DNA of 63,882 nt, counting the filler, from Stramenopiles sp. TOSAG23-2 (Eukaryota), in the NCBI GenBank assembly GCA_900128395.1. It is 13 parts of 13 records of this genome, joined end to end, with 100 filler letters (N's around TTAATTAATTAA, not from the genome) between each part and the next. Parts side by side here need not be neighbours in the genome. Positions count along the whole stretch, not along the records: positions 9,884 to 14,724 come from LT650800.1; positions 14,825 to 19,664 come from LT650801.1; positions 19,765 to 24,587 come from LT650802.1; 10 more parts are not named here. One strand, written 5' to 3'. The notes beneath the pieces are model-generated. The model saw nothing but the letters and a program-made list of their open reading frames with translations, was not told the origin of the DNA and searched no databases. Positions 11,450-23,464 of the stretch are shown piece after piece. The position numbers and the translations under genes are program-made. Numbering within the stretch: the first letter of the stretch is position 1; the number at the start of each line of letters is the position of its first letter.

Positions 11450-11810
11450 AAGTAAAGTAGTAACTCGAGAGAGGGAAATATAAATTTTTTTCGTGTTAAT
11501 AATTCGAAATATTTTGTATGTTACTCCTACTGTAGCCTAATCCAAATGTTACATGGAAAAAGCACGAATCAGATAATTCCGTATTAGCAATCGATTGGGA
11601 AAAAGGAAACGAACGTTCAATGAGTGCCTTGAATATTGCGCAAAGTAAAGGATTTTTCGATGTATTTCAAGAATTAAGCGGGACAAGTCTTAAACGAGAA
11701 GAATCCAGCGCTTGTGGTGTGTTTTTTTTTACTTTTTTTATTTTTATACATCAAACCGTAAAAAATTTTAATAATAATATCTCATTTTATTATACGACGT
11801 ACTTATCATA

Positions 11811-11964
11811 TTAATCATTTTACCACTCCTTGGGCTGTATACCTCAATCAACCATTCTTTGTTTCATCATCACCATGCGTATCTTGTTAATCATTTTACC
11901 ACTCCTTGGGCTGTATACCTCAATCAACCATTCTTTGTTTCATCATCACCATGCGTATCTTGTT
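11811..11964. repeat. Perfect tandem duplication, 76-bp period, spanning a stop codon
   Basis: TTAATCATTTTACCACTCC...GTATCTTG starts at 11811 and again at 11887. Confidence 0.9.
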
Positions 11965-13294
11965 TTCCCTCCCTAGTGGAAGCAGAATTATCTCCAATCA
12001 TGGAATTAGAGACTGAAAATACTTTTGATACCCATGAAAATAACCCATCATCGCTACTACCAGGATTGTTACTATCGTCCTTTTTCACAGCTCCAATACT
12101 ATCATCATTGTTGTTGCTATTGTTTCCCAAATTATTCAACATCTTTGATGCTGATATACTCAAGTTACGAAATGTTTCTTGTGTCTGCCCAGCAGCGTTT
12201 AACGACACTTTACCTGCTGAAATACCAAATTTCTGAATAGCTTCTTGCCAAACTTTTCGATCTGTTAATGTTTTAGGAATAAATATTTGATCCAATTCAA
12301 CAATATCCTCCATGCGTTTTTTAACTTCATTTGCATGACTTATTTGTTTCTCAAGCTCAATAATTTGTCTCTGTAATTGTTTTTTTCTAGACTCCCTGCC
12401 TAACTCATATGAAGATAGAACTTCATGTTCCATAGCTTCCCCATACATCTCAACATCATCTCCAACAAAGTTTCTAGCTTTCCGCCGTTCGTTTCGTTTT
12501 CGAATATCGCTATTCATTTCTAAAATACGAATTTTATGCAGTTCCTCATCTCTTTCAATTGAAAATTTGCTTAATTCGAGTTTCATTTTCTTAAAGTTAG
12601 AAGAGACTTTGCGTAATCTCTTTCAATTGAAAATTTGCTTAATTCGAGTTTCATTTTCTTAAAGTTAGAAGAAACTAATACGGACTTCGGTATCTAATTC
12701 TTGATCTGTTTTATGATCTCGAAGTTGAAAGAAATCATCCCGGCTGTTTCCATAACGCACATTTTTATCATGTAAATATATTTCTACATATCCGATAATA
12801 TGTTCATGTCCTTGCACTTTATTTAATAAAGTAATTAGAATTGGTTTTTTAAATAAAGGATCGTAGACGCCTAAAACGAGACTCTCGTCATACCTTGGAT
12901 TTCTAGTACCGTAGATCCATTTCGTATTTTTAATTTGATCCTGGTATTCAATACGAATTGATGTGTTCAATGGCATGATGCCTTGCCCTGAATCAACCAT
13001 CAAATTTCTAGCTTCTGTAATACCCAATGTTAAATTTCCAATTTCGAAAAATTCATTTTCAACATGTGTAACTCCCTGGTGAACTTGGTTTTTAATATTC
13101 ACTGTATGTATTCTTCCAGTTGATATTTTTCTGTTTCTTGTTGTATTGTTGTTATTGCGAATTTTAGGTACAGTTGTATTTGCTCTTTTAATTTTAGTAT
13201 TGTCATTAAAATTTACTTCAGATATATTTAAACCACCACCAGGTGATGATAGTGCTTTTTGCAATCTACTATTATTATTATTATTATCAGCCAT
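11924..13294 (-). CDS. C2-domain plus coiled-coil protein, interrupted by a 57-bp duplicated segment
   Basis: ORFs 12665-13294 and 11924-12586 are in the same frame. C2 pattern: GNLTLGITEARNL...TRNPRYDESL...IGYVEIYL. The only stops between the ORFs lie inside 12616-12672, an exact copy of 12548-12604. Confidence 0.7.
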
Positions 13295-13324
13295 TTGAAT
13301 ATGAAAGTGTCTCTCGCTGCCTGC

Positions 13325-13356
<32 letters not shown>

Positions 13357-14010
13357 GTCTTTTTTGTTTTATTGTTATGAAATAGAACTTGTATATATTG
13401 TTATTATGTGTATGTATGTATATCTAGTACTATATATCTAATAATATATACATTAACATGTAGATCATATATGTATCGTCTGTTGTTATAGTTATATTAC
13501 TTATATTACATACATATAGTGGTGAGTGGTAGGGAAATCCAAATGATAAACTGTATAACTGTATTATACATTATTTCAATCTATACATATTAGACTATTG
13601 CATTCCAGCACAACAGATTACAGTACACCAACCATCACCGCATATATTATCCAAAATAATGGAGGACATAGCAACTAGCAAGGGCCTACCATTATAATAC
13701 AGAATGAAAATTTCATTCCTGGCTCCTGGCGTAAACTGGTACAGTAAAGCTAAACAAAAGGTGCAAACTGGCAAAAGATCCAAAAAGGTCGAGAGAGGAT
13801 GAGATTACTCATTACATCATTATCAAGACCACAGTTGCAACCTTTCTTCCCAAAAAATATGAATATATATATAATTACATATAATACATTTAAATATATG
13901 ATTAATAAAAGAAAATGATCAATAAATATATATACAAGAGTACTCATATTATAGGAACAATTAATAACAAGATATATATATATATAAATAAATATATAGT
14001 TTGTAAACAT

Positions 14011-14356
14011 ATGATGAAGGTACCAATATTTCTAATTGTAACATTATTAATAATAGCACTGCCATCTTTTTTGCATGGATATGTTGGGGATGAGAAATTG
14101 CAACCATTTGCAGTGGAAAGGCAAGATATTGATTTTTATCCAAGAGAAGTTAAACAAATCGATTATTTTGCTGAGATGTGTAGTGTGCAAAATGTAGAGA
14201 AAAGTGTTGAATGATAAGCGAAAAATTATCTCTCCATATCTATGTCGTAAATGCTGTAACTGGCCAAATTATCATGTTGAACGCTATCCAGATGCAGGGT
14301 TTAAATATATTGCACCAGATTTCTTAAGATGTTGCTTAGGTGTTAATGATGATTGA
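14011..14356 (+). CDS. Small secreted Cys-containing protein; probable single-base frameshift at 14200-14203
   Basis: Signal peptide MMKVPIFLIVTLLIIALPSFLHG. Removing one A from AAAA continues into VLNDKRKIISPYLCRKCCNWPNY...LRCCLGVNDD*. Confidence 0.5.
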
Positions 14357-14373
14357 ATAAATCGTGTGTGCGC

Positions 14374-14475
14374 GTGGAGGAGAGTTTTTTTTTGAAAAAA
14401 AATAATAATTAAACGAAAATATAAGTGGAGGAGAGTTTTTTTTTGAAAAAAAATAAAAATTAAACGAAAATATAA
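14374..14475. repeat. Two near-identical tandem copies of a ~51-bp unit
   Basis: GTGGAGGAGAGTTTTTTTTTGAAAAAAAAATAAwAATTAAACGAAAATATAA occurs twice. Confidence 0.8.
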
Positions 14476-14824
14476 ATTTTTTTATTTTTTTGAAGAGAGG
14501 GACACGTATTTTTAATAAAAAATACACAGCAGTGAAAAAGAGTATTTTTATAAAAATATTAATTTTTAAATATTATTTTCGTATTTTTATCAATTATTGT
14601 AATATTCGGTAAAATATACGAATCGTATGATGCATATTACGTATTAAATACTGATATATATGGAGTATTTAAATCATTTTTGATTTGAGATGTTAATTTC
14701 CGGGAGTAAAAGAAATTTATATAANNNNNNNNNNNNNNNNNNNNNNNNNNNNNNNNNNNNNNNNNNNNTTAATTAATTAANNNNNNNNNNNNNNNNNNNN
14801 NNNNNNNNNNNNNNNNNNNNNNNN

Positions 14825-15119
14825 AACCTTAACGAGCAAATCCACTACGCACCTCAAGAATCGGAGCGTAGCGTATTTAGCTAGAGCTAACCGCCATCCG
14901 CCAAATACCAATTATCTGGATATTAAGGAATCTGATTTTCAAGTAGATTTCATTTCATTTCATTCTTCACATTTTCATCGGGAGAAAAAATTCATAGATG
15001 ATGATGATGATTATTTATTTTGGTTGAAATTTGAATAAATGATGATGATAATAATAACCTTGTTGATCATCCTATATATATGGCCCAATATAAGTAATGT
15101 GCTAATATCCATAATTTTT
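14825..15119. repeat. 295-bp exact inverted copy of 19228-19522 (likely amplification/assembly chimera)
   Basis: Base-for-base reverse complement; this copy starts exactly at the contig edge. Confidence 0.9.
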
Positions 15120-15392
15120 GCAAGATCTAGGAATTATAATGCACGAGGTTTGATAGTAAAATATGTGTCTTTTGTACTTATTAGTATACTAAATATTTAT
15201 TTGACAACTGAAGGTCTCTCTCAGATACATGGGGTCTTATATCTTCTCACGGGAAGTGTAAAATTAATTATAATTTAGATTTTAACCATCATCCTCTCCG
15301 TATATTTTTTTTATAAAATTGTCACACCACACACCACACACTTTCTTTCTAACTCGTTTGCAAAATATTACACACTCTCGTGTATAATATTT

Positions 15393-18300
15393 TTACAATG
15401 TTTCATCTAATATAGCAATTTTTAAATGCGTTGCTTCCAACATTCTTAATGCTTTTAAACGATGGTCGATTGTTAAAGGTATACGAACTAACTTTTCTAA
15501 GTTTTCTATTACATTTAAACCTATATCATTGCATTCCTTCGACAACACAATATACCAATTTTTTGCCTCAGCGGCTATTTCTTTTATACAAATTAAACGC
15601 AGACGGGCAATTTCATCATCGATTGGAGAATCGTTTAAACGGTTCAATTCTTGATTTGACACCAAACGATTTAACCATGTGCATAAATTGACCACACGAT
15701 AAAATAATTCACTCAATCCTTCCATATTCAAATCATTGTCGGCTCTCAAATTAACTATCATAGATTCAATATCTAAATATTCTGCCAAGACGGCGCCAAT
15801 TGAATCCCAACCTTTAATCAAATGCATATCTGATTGTTGTGCCAATGTAGCTACGAAATTCCTGAGATAATCCATGTGTAAATCGTTTCTAATTAAATCA
15901 CGGCCACGATTACCACTGACATTATTTACATTGCTCTGGTTAATACCACTAACAATCCAATGTCTATTTAACATACATTGTGGCATTAAAACATTGATTA
16001 CATTTCGATGTAAGCCACCCCAATCCCCAGATGCAAATTGATATCTCATTTCAGGATATTGCCGTTTCTCATAATAGGAACGCTGGGACAATGCGCGATC
16101 AATCATAACTTCAGGAATACCGATAGTGTGAATCAAAAATAACTTCACGTATTCCCATGAATGTTCCAATTTATTTTCCAGTAGTTTTAATTGCTGCTCA
16201 TTGTACGCTTTTGCTTTTGCTGTTTTCGATATTTCTATCAACACTTTCCTATCTTTGATTTTTAACTTAATGTTCTCGCCCTTTTGAAACGCATCATCCT
16301 CATTTGCTGGACAATGCAAATGTAACAAGTTTGACACGGTTTCATATTTATTTACATTATCACTTAAATATAATGCAATATAAATTGCCCAATGCCATAA
16401 CCCAGCCAATTCCAATTCTTCGACAAAATTACCAATCAGCGAATCACGTAGATTCACATTCAAACTCGATGCTTGCCAAATACCTAAGCCATCCAGTGCA
16501 GTCAACAGGTGCCACGATAAATGGTGTTCAAACGATCCACGTGTGTTGCAATGCTCCGCAAGTGCTGCTGCATGGCTTTGTCCAGGTTCAAATGCCAACT
16601 GTAAAAGTTGAAACATTGCATCATTGTGATACATATTGTTGTTACTGTTGCTAACAGGGTAATTACTATTATTATTGTTGTTATTAAAATTATTATTATG
16701 GTTATCATCTTTTGTTTCATTATCTTCAGCTATGATTGTTAAACTAGTAAAATTTGTTTGTTTTTGCCGAATTCTATCAACTGTTTCATACCATGCATGG
16801 GGAGGTGCGGCTGTGTTGTTAGCATTGTTACCATTACCATTCTGGCCATCACAATTTGATGCATTGCGATAACTAACTAAACCATGTCGTATACTACCAT
16901 TTGAACCACATTTTGTATCCACATTGAAGCATAAATGTATGGCAAATGCTTGTAACCAATGAAATTCTTTCAAACGCAATTTATTTTCACATAATTGCCC
17001 TGATAGTAATAAATATATTCGTTGACGTGCATCATCGATATAATTATTATTATTATTATTATTATTATTATTGCCATCGTCGTCGTCAGTAACAATGCCC
17101 CAACTTTTCCACATATCCACTTGCGTTAAAATGTAATCGCGAGTCACTTGCGAGCCAATCGATTGGGACAAAAGCGTTGCTAAACGTAAATCGCCATTTT
17201 CCATAGCCATTTCTGTTGCTTGTGCTATATTTAATTTAGTCATTTCATTCAATATACTAAATGGTGTTATTGTGCTATTTTGCAGACCTCCCCGGCCACC
17301 TACATTTTCAAACATACGATCGTATGCTTGAACAGATGGGCATGTAATAATAGCTGAATTCAGCCAATGACACAATGCTAAACGTCTCCCAACACGCAAG
17401 CGATGTACTTCAACGCTTACATCATCATTTTGTGGATTATCATTCGCTTCTGCAATATATAATCCTCCATATTTCCATTCGTCATTGAAATATTGAACTT
17501 TCAAGGAATCTTCTATTTGTGGATCTAATTCTCTTCCCCATAATGCATTAAATAATCCCCAGATATTTCTGGAATGCCATAATTTTTCATCCTTAGATAA
17601 TGTTGCTAAGGGAGAGCTGCCGTTGCCATCCATGGGGTATTTTAAAAATAAATGTTTGCTATAACATTTTTGATATCGATGCAATAACGATACGAGCCTA
17701 GGTCCAGTGGGTTTTGGAAAAATTGGCAAACCGAATTCATCAACTCGCGTTACGCTTTCAAATTCTTCATCTTCCTCCTCCATTTTTTCTCCTTTACTTT
17801 CACCACCATTGGTCTTTGTCGAAGTAGTGTCTTTACCACGCAACTTTCTTTTTGTCTCAAACACACGTTCATCTTTCGATGCTTGCAATTGTTCTTTCAA
17901 TGCTGGTACGTATAGAATGTTCTTTGACACAACTAATTTTTGAAATTGAATGGTGTGTGTCTCCCTGTTTAACGATCGGGAAAAAAATTTATTTGGCGTT
18001 ATAACTTGACCATTCAACCCAAACGATACACGGAATGATTTAGCCATATAATCAGCAGGATCGAGCCTTGCTTTCACCGTATTCCCCGTGTCCGTATTAA
18101 TATTATTCTCTTGCAACACTCTGTTTAAAATGGCTTGTGTGGGAGAAACTTTTTGCTCTGTTGAACCTTCTTTACTGCCATCATAAACTGGATGTACAGG
18201 CCATTTTGGTTTAGTTAAGGCTGGGGGTAAAATAACAATCGGCCCATCTGTTGGTACTAATGTACTATTGCTTGGATCTGTTTTCATTTCATTCGATTCC

Positions 18301-19040
18301 ATCATGTTGTTATTGTCATCATGACTATCACCTGCAAATGATATTAATGCCATGTTTGCTTTTGCAGTAGAAGCACCAGACATTTGAATATAATTCCTAT
18401 TAGTATTGATATTATTATTATTGTATTGATTATCATGGCGCATTTTTGCTTTTTTAGCTGAACGAGATGGAAAAGAGGAATTTGCTTCTATTGGGGATAA
18501 TCCAGGATCTGCTGTTGAGTAGTTCCTAGGTGAAAATTCTCTCATTGATGGTGCAGATGCTTTCAACATTTCTCCACGTACGAAGGGAGACGATACATTC
18601 GAAGAATCACTACCTTTTGGTTGTGCAAATAATGAACTTGCTAATGCAGAACGTCGATAATCACTTCTATTTAGCGGCGTAGTACCTCTGATGTTACCTC
18701 CCTCATAATTGTTGTTGTTATTGTTGTTGTTATTGGTATTCTCAATATCATTTCCACGACGACGATTGGATGCTAAAGAACTAGTTGGTGGTGCATTATT
18801 ATTGCTAAAATTATTGTCGTTATTGTTGTTATTTCGTTGTTGGAGTAATGGTGCAGTGGGAAAATCGTTCATATTATTCACATAACCATCTTCATCATCG
18901 TCATCAAAATTTAAAGTTTTATTTGTTTTTGTTGGAACTGTTGCACCAAATAAATTTGTTGTACTACTACTATTTGAATTTTGTTTCGATGGTGTTTTTG
19001 TTTTTTTCTTCCCAGAACGCGGTGCAACGAATCGTGGCAT
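15393..19040 (-). CDS. NUP96: Nucleoporin Nup96 (stand-alone)
   Basis: YMAKSFRVSF, GDLRLATLLSQ, RIYLLLSG, HWLQAFAIHL, HHLSWHL and ELELAGLWHWAIYIALYL follow the Nup96 motif order. Confidence 0.9.
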   Translation of the reverse strand: MPRFVAPRSGKKKTKTPSKQNSNSSSTTNLFGATVPTKTNKTLNFDDDDEDGYVNNMNDFPTAPLLQQRNNNNNDNNFSNNNAPPTSSLASNRRRGNDIENTNNNNNNNNNYEGGNIRGTTPLNRSDYRRSALASSLFAQPKGSDSSNVSSPFVRGEMLKASAPSMREFSPRNYSTADPGLSPIEANSSFPSRSAKKAKMRHDNQYNNNNINTNRNYIQMSGASTAKANMALISFAGDSHDDNNNMMESNEMKTDPSNSTLVPTDGPIVILPPALTKPKWPVHPVYDGSKEGSTEQKVSPTQAILNRVLQENNINTDTGNTVKARLDPADYMAKSFRVSFGLNGQVITPNKFFSRSLNRETHTIQFQKLVVSKNILYVPALKEQLQASKDERVFETKRKLRGKDTTSTKTNGGESKGEKMEEEDEEFESVTRVDEFGLPIFPKPTGPRLVSLLHRYQKCYSKHLFLKYPMDGNGSSPLATLSKDEKLWHSRNIWGLFNALWGRELDPQIEDSLKVQYFNDEWKYGGLYIAEANDNPQNDDVSVEVHRLRVGRRLALCHWLNSAIITCPSVQAYDRMFENVGGRGGLQNSTITPFSILNEMTKLNIAQATEMAMENGDLRLATLLSQSIGSQVTRDYILTQVDMWKSWGIVTDDDDGNNNNNNNNNNYIDDARQRIYLLLSGQLCENKLRLKEFHWLQAFAIHLCFNVDTKCGSNGSIRHGLVSYRNASNCDGQNGNGNNANNTAAPPHAWYETVDRIRQKQTNFTSLTIIAEDNETKDDNHNNNFNNNNNNSNYPVSNSNNNMYHNDAMFQLLQLAFEPGQSHAAALAEHCNTRGSFEHHLSWHLLTALDGLGIWQASSLNVNLRDSLIGNFVEELELAGLWHWAIYIALYLSDNVNKYETVSNLLHLHCPANEDDAFQKGENIKLKIKDRKVLIEISKTAKAKAYNEQQLKLLENKLEHSWEYVKLFLIHTIGIPEVMIDRALSQRSYYEKRQYPEMRYQFASGDWGGLHRNVINVLMPQCMLNRHWIVSGINQSNVNNVSGNRGRDLIRNDLHMDYLRNFVATLAQQSDMHLIKGWDSIGAVLAEYLDIESMIVNLRADNDLNMEGLSELFYRVVNLCTWLNRLVSNQELNRLNDSPIDDEIARLRLICIKEIAAEAKNWYIVLSKECNDIGLNVIENLEKLVRIPLTIDHRLKALRMLEATHLKIAILDETL

Positions 19041-19771
19041 CTTGTATAAAACTAATATATCTTTATGTGTGGATATATGTATATATATATATAGATAGAT
19101 AGATATATGTATAGATAGCTAGATAGCTGGATATAGATATGTTGAATATTTTGGGATATCTTAACACTTATTAGTTCTTTTCTAACTTTTCTCTTGTTGT
19201 AGTGAAATGGTCGTCGATATAATATAAAAAAATTATGGATATTAGCACATTACTTATATTGGGCCATATATATAGGATGATCAACAAGGTTATTATTATC
19301 ATCATCATTTATTCAAATTTCAACCAAAATAAATAATCATCATCATCATCTATGAATTTTTTCTCCCGATGAAAATGTGAAGAATGAAATGAAATGAAAT
19401 CTACTTGAAAATCAGATTCCTTAATATCCAGATAATTGGTATTTGGCGGATGGCGGTTAGCTCTAGCTAAATACGCTACGCTCCGATTCTTGAGGTGCGT
19501 AGTGGATTTGCTCGTTAAGGTTTCCTGAGTAAGCTCTAGCCTGGTTAGAGCTGGCCCAAGGCTGGCCCAGCTGGCCCAGGTTACATCAAATAGGTATTAT
19601 ACAAATAACATACGGTTCGTTGACGACCTAGTACTTGTTGCAGCATATGAAGAGGGAAACGAAGNNNNNNNNNNNNNNNNNNNNNNNNNNNNNNNNNNNN
19701 NNNNNNNNTTAATTAATTAANNNNNNNNNNNNNNNNNNNNNNNNNNNNNNNNNNNNNNNNNNNNATATATT

Positions 19772-19804
<33 letters not shown>

Positions 19805-19821
19805 CATACATATATTAAAAT

Positions 19822-22598
19822 ATGTACGCGAGATTTGCATCGTTAAGTAATTCATTTCGTTCAAGAACACGCAGTAGAAGTAATAATAGTTCCAGTAGCA
19901 ACAGCAACAACAACAATAGCAATGTTATATCCACAGAAGAAGAATTAATACAACGTACAAAAGCTATTATTGATAATGATATTCAACAACGTGGTAAATT
20001 ACATTTAACATATAATACGATCAAAGAAAAATTAATCAATGAATTTGGAATAACATTATATGATAAATGCAAACCGTTTGTACAAGATTTAATTAAACAA
20101 GCTGCACCAAGAACACCAAGAAGCAGAAGTGCTGGTATTAATGAACCACTAGCTATCGACAATAATAATAACAACAACAATATCCCTACAACACGTAGAC
20201 GTGCAACAACTGCTAATGAGGATATACGACAAGTAACAACAAATAATAACCTTAGTACGATGAATCCAAATATATTCATGAAGCAAGCACGTCCAACAAA
20301 TATTACAACAGCTACGATATACAAAGCATCAACTACAGATCAATCGACAATGAAGCATGATTTATGTGGTGCAATGTCACGTACATTAACAGAGCAACAA
20401 GTAGATGCATTGGCAGAACAATTGCATTCATCATGGCCAAAAAAAATAAGTGAACTGAAAAATAAAACTGCGAAAGAACAAATGGAATTGGAACGTGGTG
20501 GTATTATGTCACATAAAGAAGGTAAAGATGGAATGAATTTAAAAGTTGCATTGGAAAGTGCTAGAAACGATCCAAAAATTCAAGCAGAAATGAAAACACG
20601 ACAACAACAATTAAGGAACAACAATAACAACAACAAACCATTTTCACCACGACAACATAATTATACACCACGTAGACGTGCATCTACATTAGCAACACCT
20701 GGGCAAAATATTGAATCCACATTAGCATATAATCAAACATTTGTATATAATGTACAAAGTCCAAAAAAAAGTAATAATAATAATAATAATAATAATATAT
20801 CAAGCTCTACTGCTGAAAGTCGTAGACGTAGTTTGAATAGTTTACAACAACAACAACAACAACAACAACAAAAGGATGCTACTGGTAATTTCATGATACC
20901 AAATAGTCCAAATACAAAACGTACTAAATTTAGATCACCATCATTTGAAGATAGTGATATAAATCCAAGAATGAAATATACAACACCAATGTTAGGTGGA
21001 TATGCAACACAATCGATATCTGAACGTGCACAACGTCTTTCACAAATATCGTTTTTAAAACGCAAAGGTATATTATCAGATTCACAACGTGCATTAGCAA
21101 AAGATTTATTATTACAAGGGGATCAAGGCATTATGATTGCATTGAAAATGTCAGAAACAAATCCATTGAAATTAGTTTCATATTTATCAACTAGAATGGG
21201 ACAAGTTGGTATTGAATCATTATCGCATTTGAAATCAATGAAAAAAAAAGTAAATGCACAAAATGCTAGGAGAATGACTGTAGATGGTGGAATAGCAAAT
21301 AATAATAATAAGCAACGTGGACGTCCAAAACGTAGACGTAGTAGTAAAGAAGGTACAGTTGGTACACGTGAAGCACCACGTATATGGTCGGAAGAAGAAG
21401 ATAAATTATTATTAAATGCAGTTGAAAAATATGGTCCAAAAAATTGGAAATCTATTGCAACAGAAGTACCAAATCGTAATCATGTACAATGTTTGCAACG
21501 ATATAAAAAAGTATTAAAACCAGGTTTGAAACGCGGTGGATGGACACCACAAGAAGATGAATTGTTAAGACAATTATATAAAAATGAAATGAGACGACAA
21601 AATGTTGTTATTCAGGATGAAACACGCCCAACACATGTAAGTATTGCTTTTTTTAATACATATACATATATCTATATATCTTACAACAATATATATATAT
21701 AAACAACTCCGGTGATAGATTGGAAACGGGTAATTTACATCTGATTCATTTGATGATAGTTCTTCCCTAGAGGAGTTTCACAACATACAACCTATATATA
21801 TAATATAATGCACATACATACACATATACATATATTGTACAAATATAAATATACAATTATAGCAATACTAACATATATAATATATATCAATACATATATA
21901 GATTCGTGCTGCATGGTTGAAAAATTGGACAATAATTGCAAATGAAATTGATGGGCGTACAGCAAAACAATGCCGTGAGCGATGGTGTAATCATTTAGAT
22001 CCAAGTATTATCAAAGGCAATTGGACGGAGGAAGAAGATGCATTGATTTTACAAAGGCAAAAAGAAATGGGAAATAAATGGTCGAAAATTTCTAAAATGT
22101 TATTGGGTCGTACAGAAAATGCCGTCAAAGTACGTTGGAAAGCATTAGATCGTGCCGCGAAAAAAGCAAATGCATTAGCTAAAGTAGGTGTTGATGCAGG
22201 TAAAAAGAATAATGCAAATCGATCATCCAATCGACGTAGATCATCAAAGAAAAAAACAACAAAGAAAAATAGTGGTAGCCTTCAACGTCGTAGAACAGGA
22301 AGTACCGGTCCATCATTTGTAAACAATTTAGTTGGTTTTTTAGATAATGATGATTATGATGACAATAATAATAATAATAATAATAATAATATTACTAAAA
22401 ATGACATGAACAATAGTTTAGATGCAAATGGTGATGGCATACGTAATAATAATAGCTTACTGAATGGTATTGATGATCCTGATTTTTCCAATTTATTTAA
22501 TAGTAATGATGAAGATATGATGATATCAACATTAGATATGAATGCAGATGATATGGAAGATGACGATGAAATGGTTGGCACTAGCAACAATAATAATA

Positions 22599-22642
<44 letters not shown>

Positions 22643-22789
22643 TATCGAAATCGCAATTCATTATTAAATAATAGTAGAAATACTCAACATTCACGTGATG
22701 GTAGTGGTAAAAATTGGAAAGATTTAATGAGTTTTGGTACAGATGATTTAAGTGGGTTTGATGTGACAGATGTATTTGCCGATGATTAA
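19822..22789 (+). CDS. Three-repeat Myb transcription factor, 900 aa; exons 19822-21636 and 21902-22789
   Basis: R1 WSEEED...CLQRY, R2 WTPQED...RTAKQCRERW, R3 WTEEED...RTENAVKVRW. Phase-0 intron 21637-21901 (GTAAGT...ACTAAC...AG) joins the two ORFs in frame. AT-hook-like RGRPK and a possible DEK-C-like N-terminal domain. Confidence 0.9.
21705..21777 (+). ncRNA. SNORD16: Intronic box C/D snoRNA, SNORD16/snR87-like
   Basis: Terminal stem AACTCC/GGAGTT, guide GGGTAATTTAC (21728-21738) before D' CTGA (21741-21744), C' TGATGA (21751-21756). The guide is complementary to 18S GUAAAUUACCC. Confidence 0.8.
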
Positions 22790-23464
22790 AAAAAGTTGAA
22801 AAAAATTATACGAAGAAGAAGCGTAGAAACCGAAGAGAAGCGAACTTCGTATATATAATTTTATTTCACATTTTTACCAAGATACCAAATGTCCATATAT
22901 ACTCACATGCTTGTATAGTGTATTAGTTTGCAGACGTGCATTTGTGAGCTTTTACTATACAGATTGTACAGGAAATTGAATTATTATATTCCTGAGATAT
23001 TGAGATCTAGAGTAATTGAGCATAGTATGCACATTTAGTATTTACCAACTACCAACACGGGGAAGTAAAATTATTACGAATTCGTATTAAAAATGATGTG
23101 TGTTTAAAATTTAAAATCAAGATAAAAAAAATACTTTCATTTTAAAAAATTTAAAAAAATATATATATATATATATATGTATATTTAATTACTTCATAAC
23201 ACGTTCTACAGTTCTACACCGTTAAGCGTTAAGTAAGTCCTACTCGTAACACGTTAACACATATGAACGTAATAAATAACAAACTGTGTGAACAAAAACT
23301 TATACTCGTACGAACTCGTAGTTGCACACGCAGTTCAGCAGTTCAGTGGAACCTATGCAAATTTTTATTTTTTTTGTACCACCATAACTGTGCAACTGTA
23401 TGCATAGATCACACCATTGCTGGATTGCCGTATTATTGCCAAACCAGAGGGATTTTTTTGTCAT

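Noticed and set aside
12548-12672. Stop-codon reassignment or readthrough in the C2 gene
   Set aside because: The stops lie only inside an out-of-register 57-bp duplicate; TAA, TAG and TGA behave as stops elsewhere.
14212-14217. Second Sec codon
   Set aside because: TGA is immediately followed by TAA, with no redox motif or SECIS seen.
14825-19522. Transposon with 295-bp TIRs carrying Nup96
   Set aside because: No transposase; one copy is cut at the contig edge and is just the gene's upstream region inverted, like the other chimeras here.
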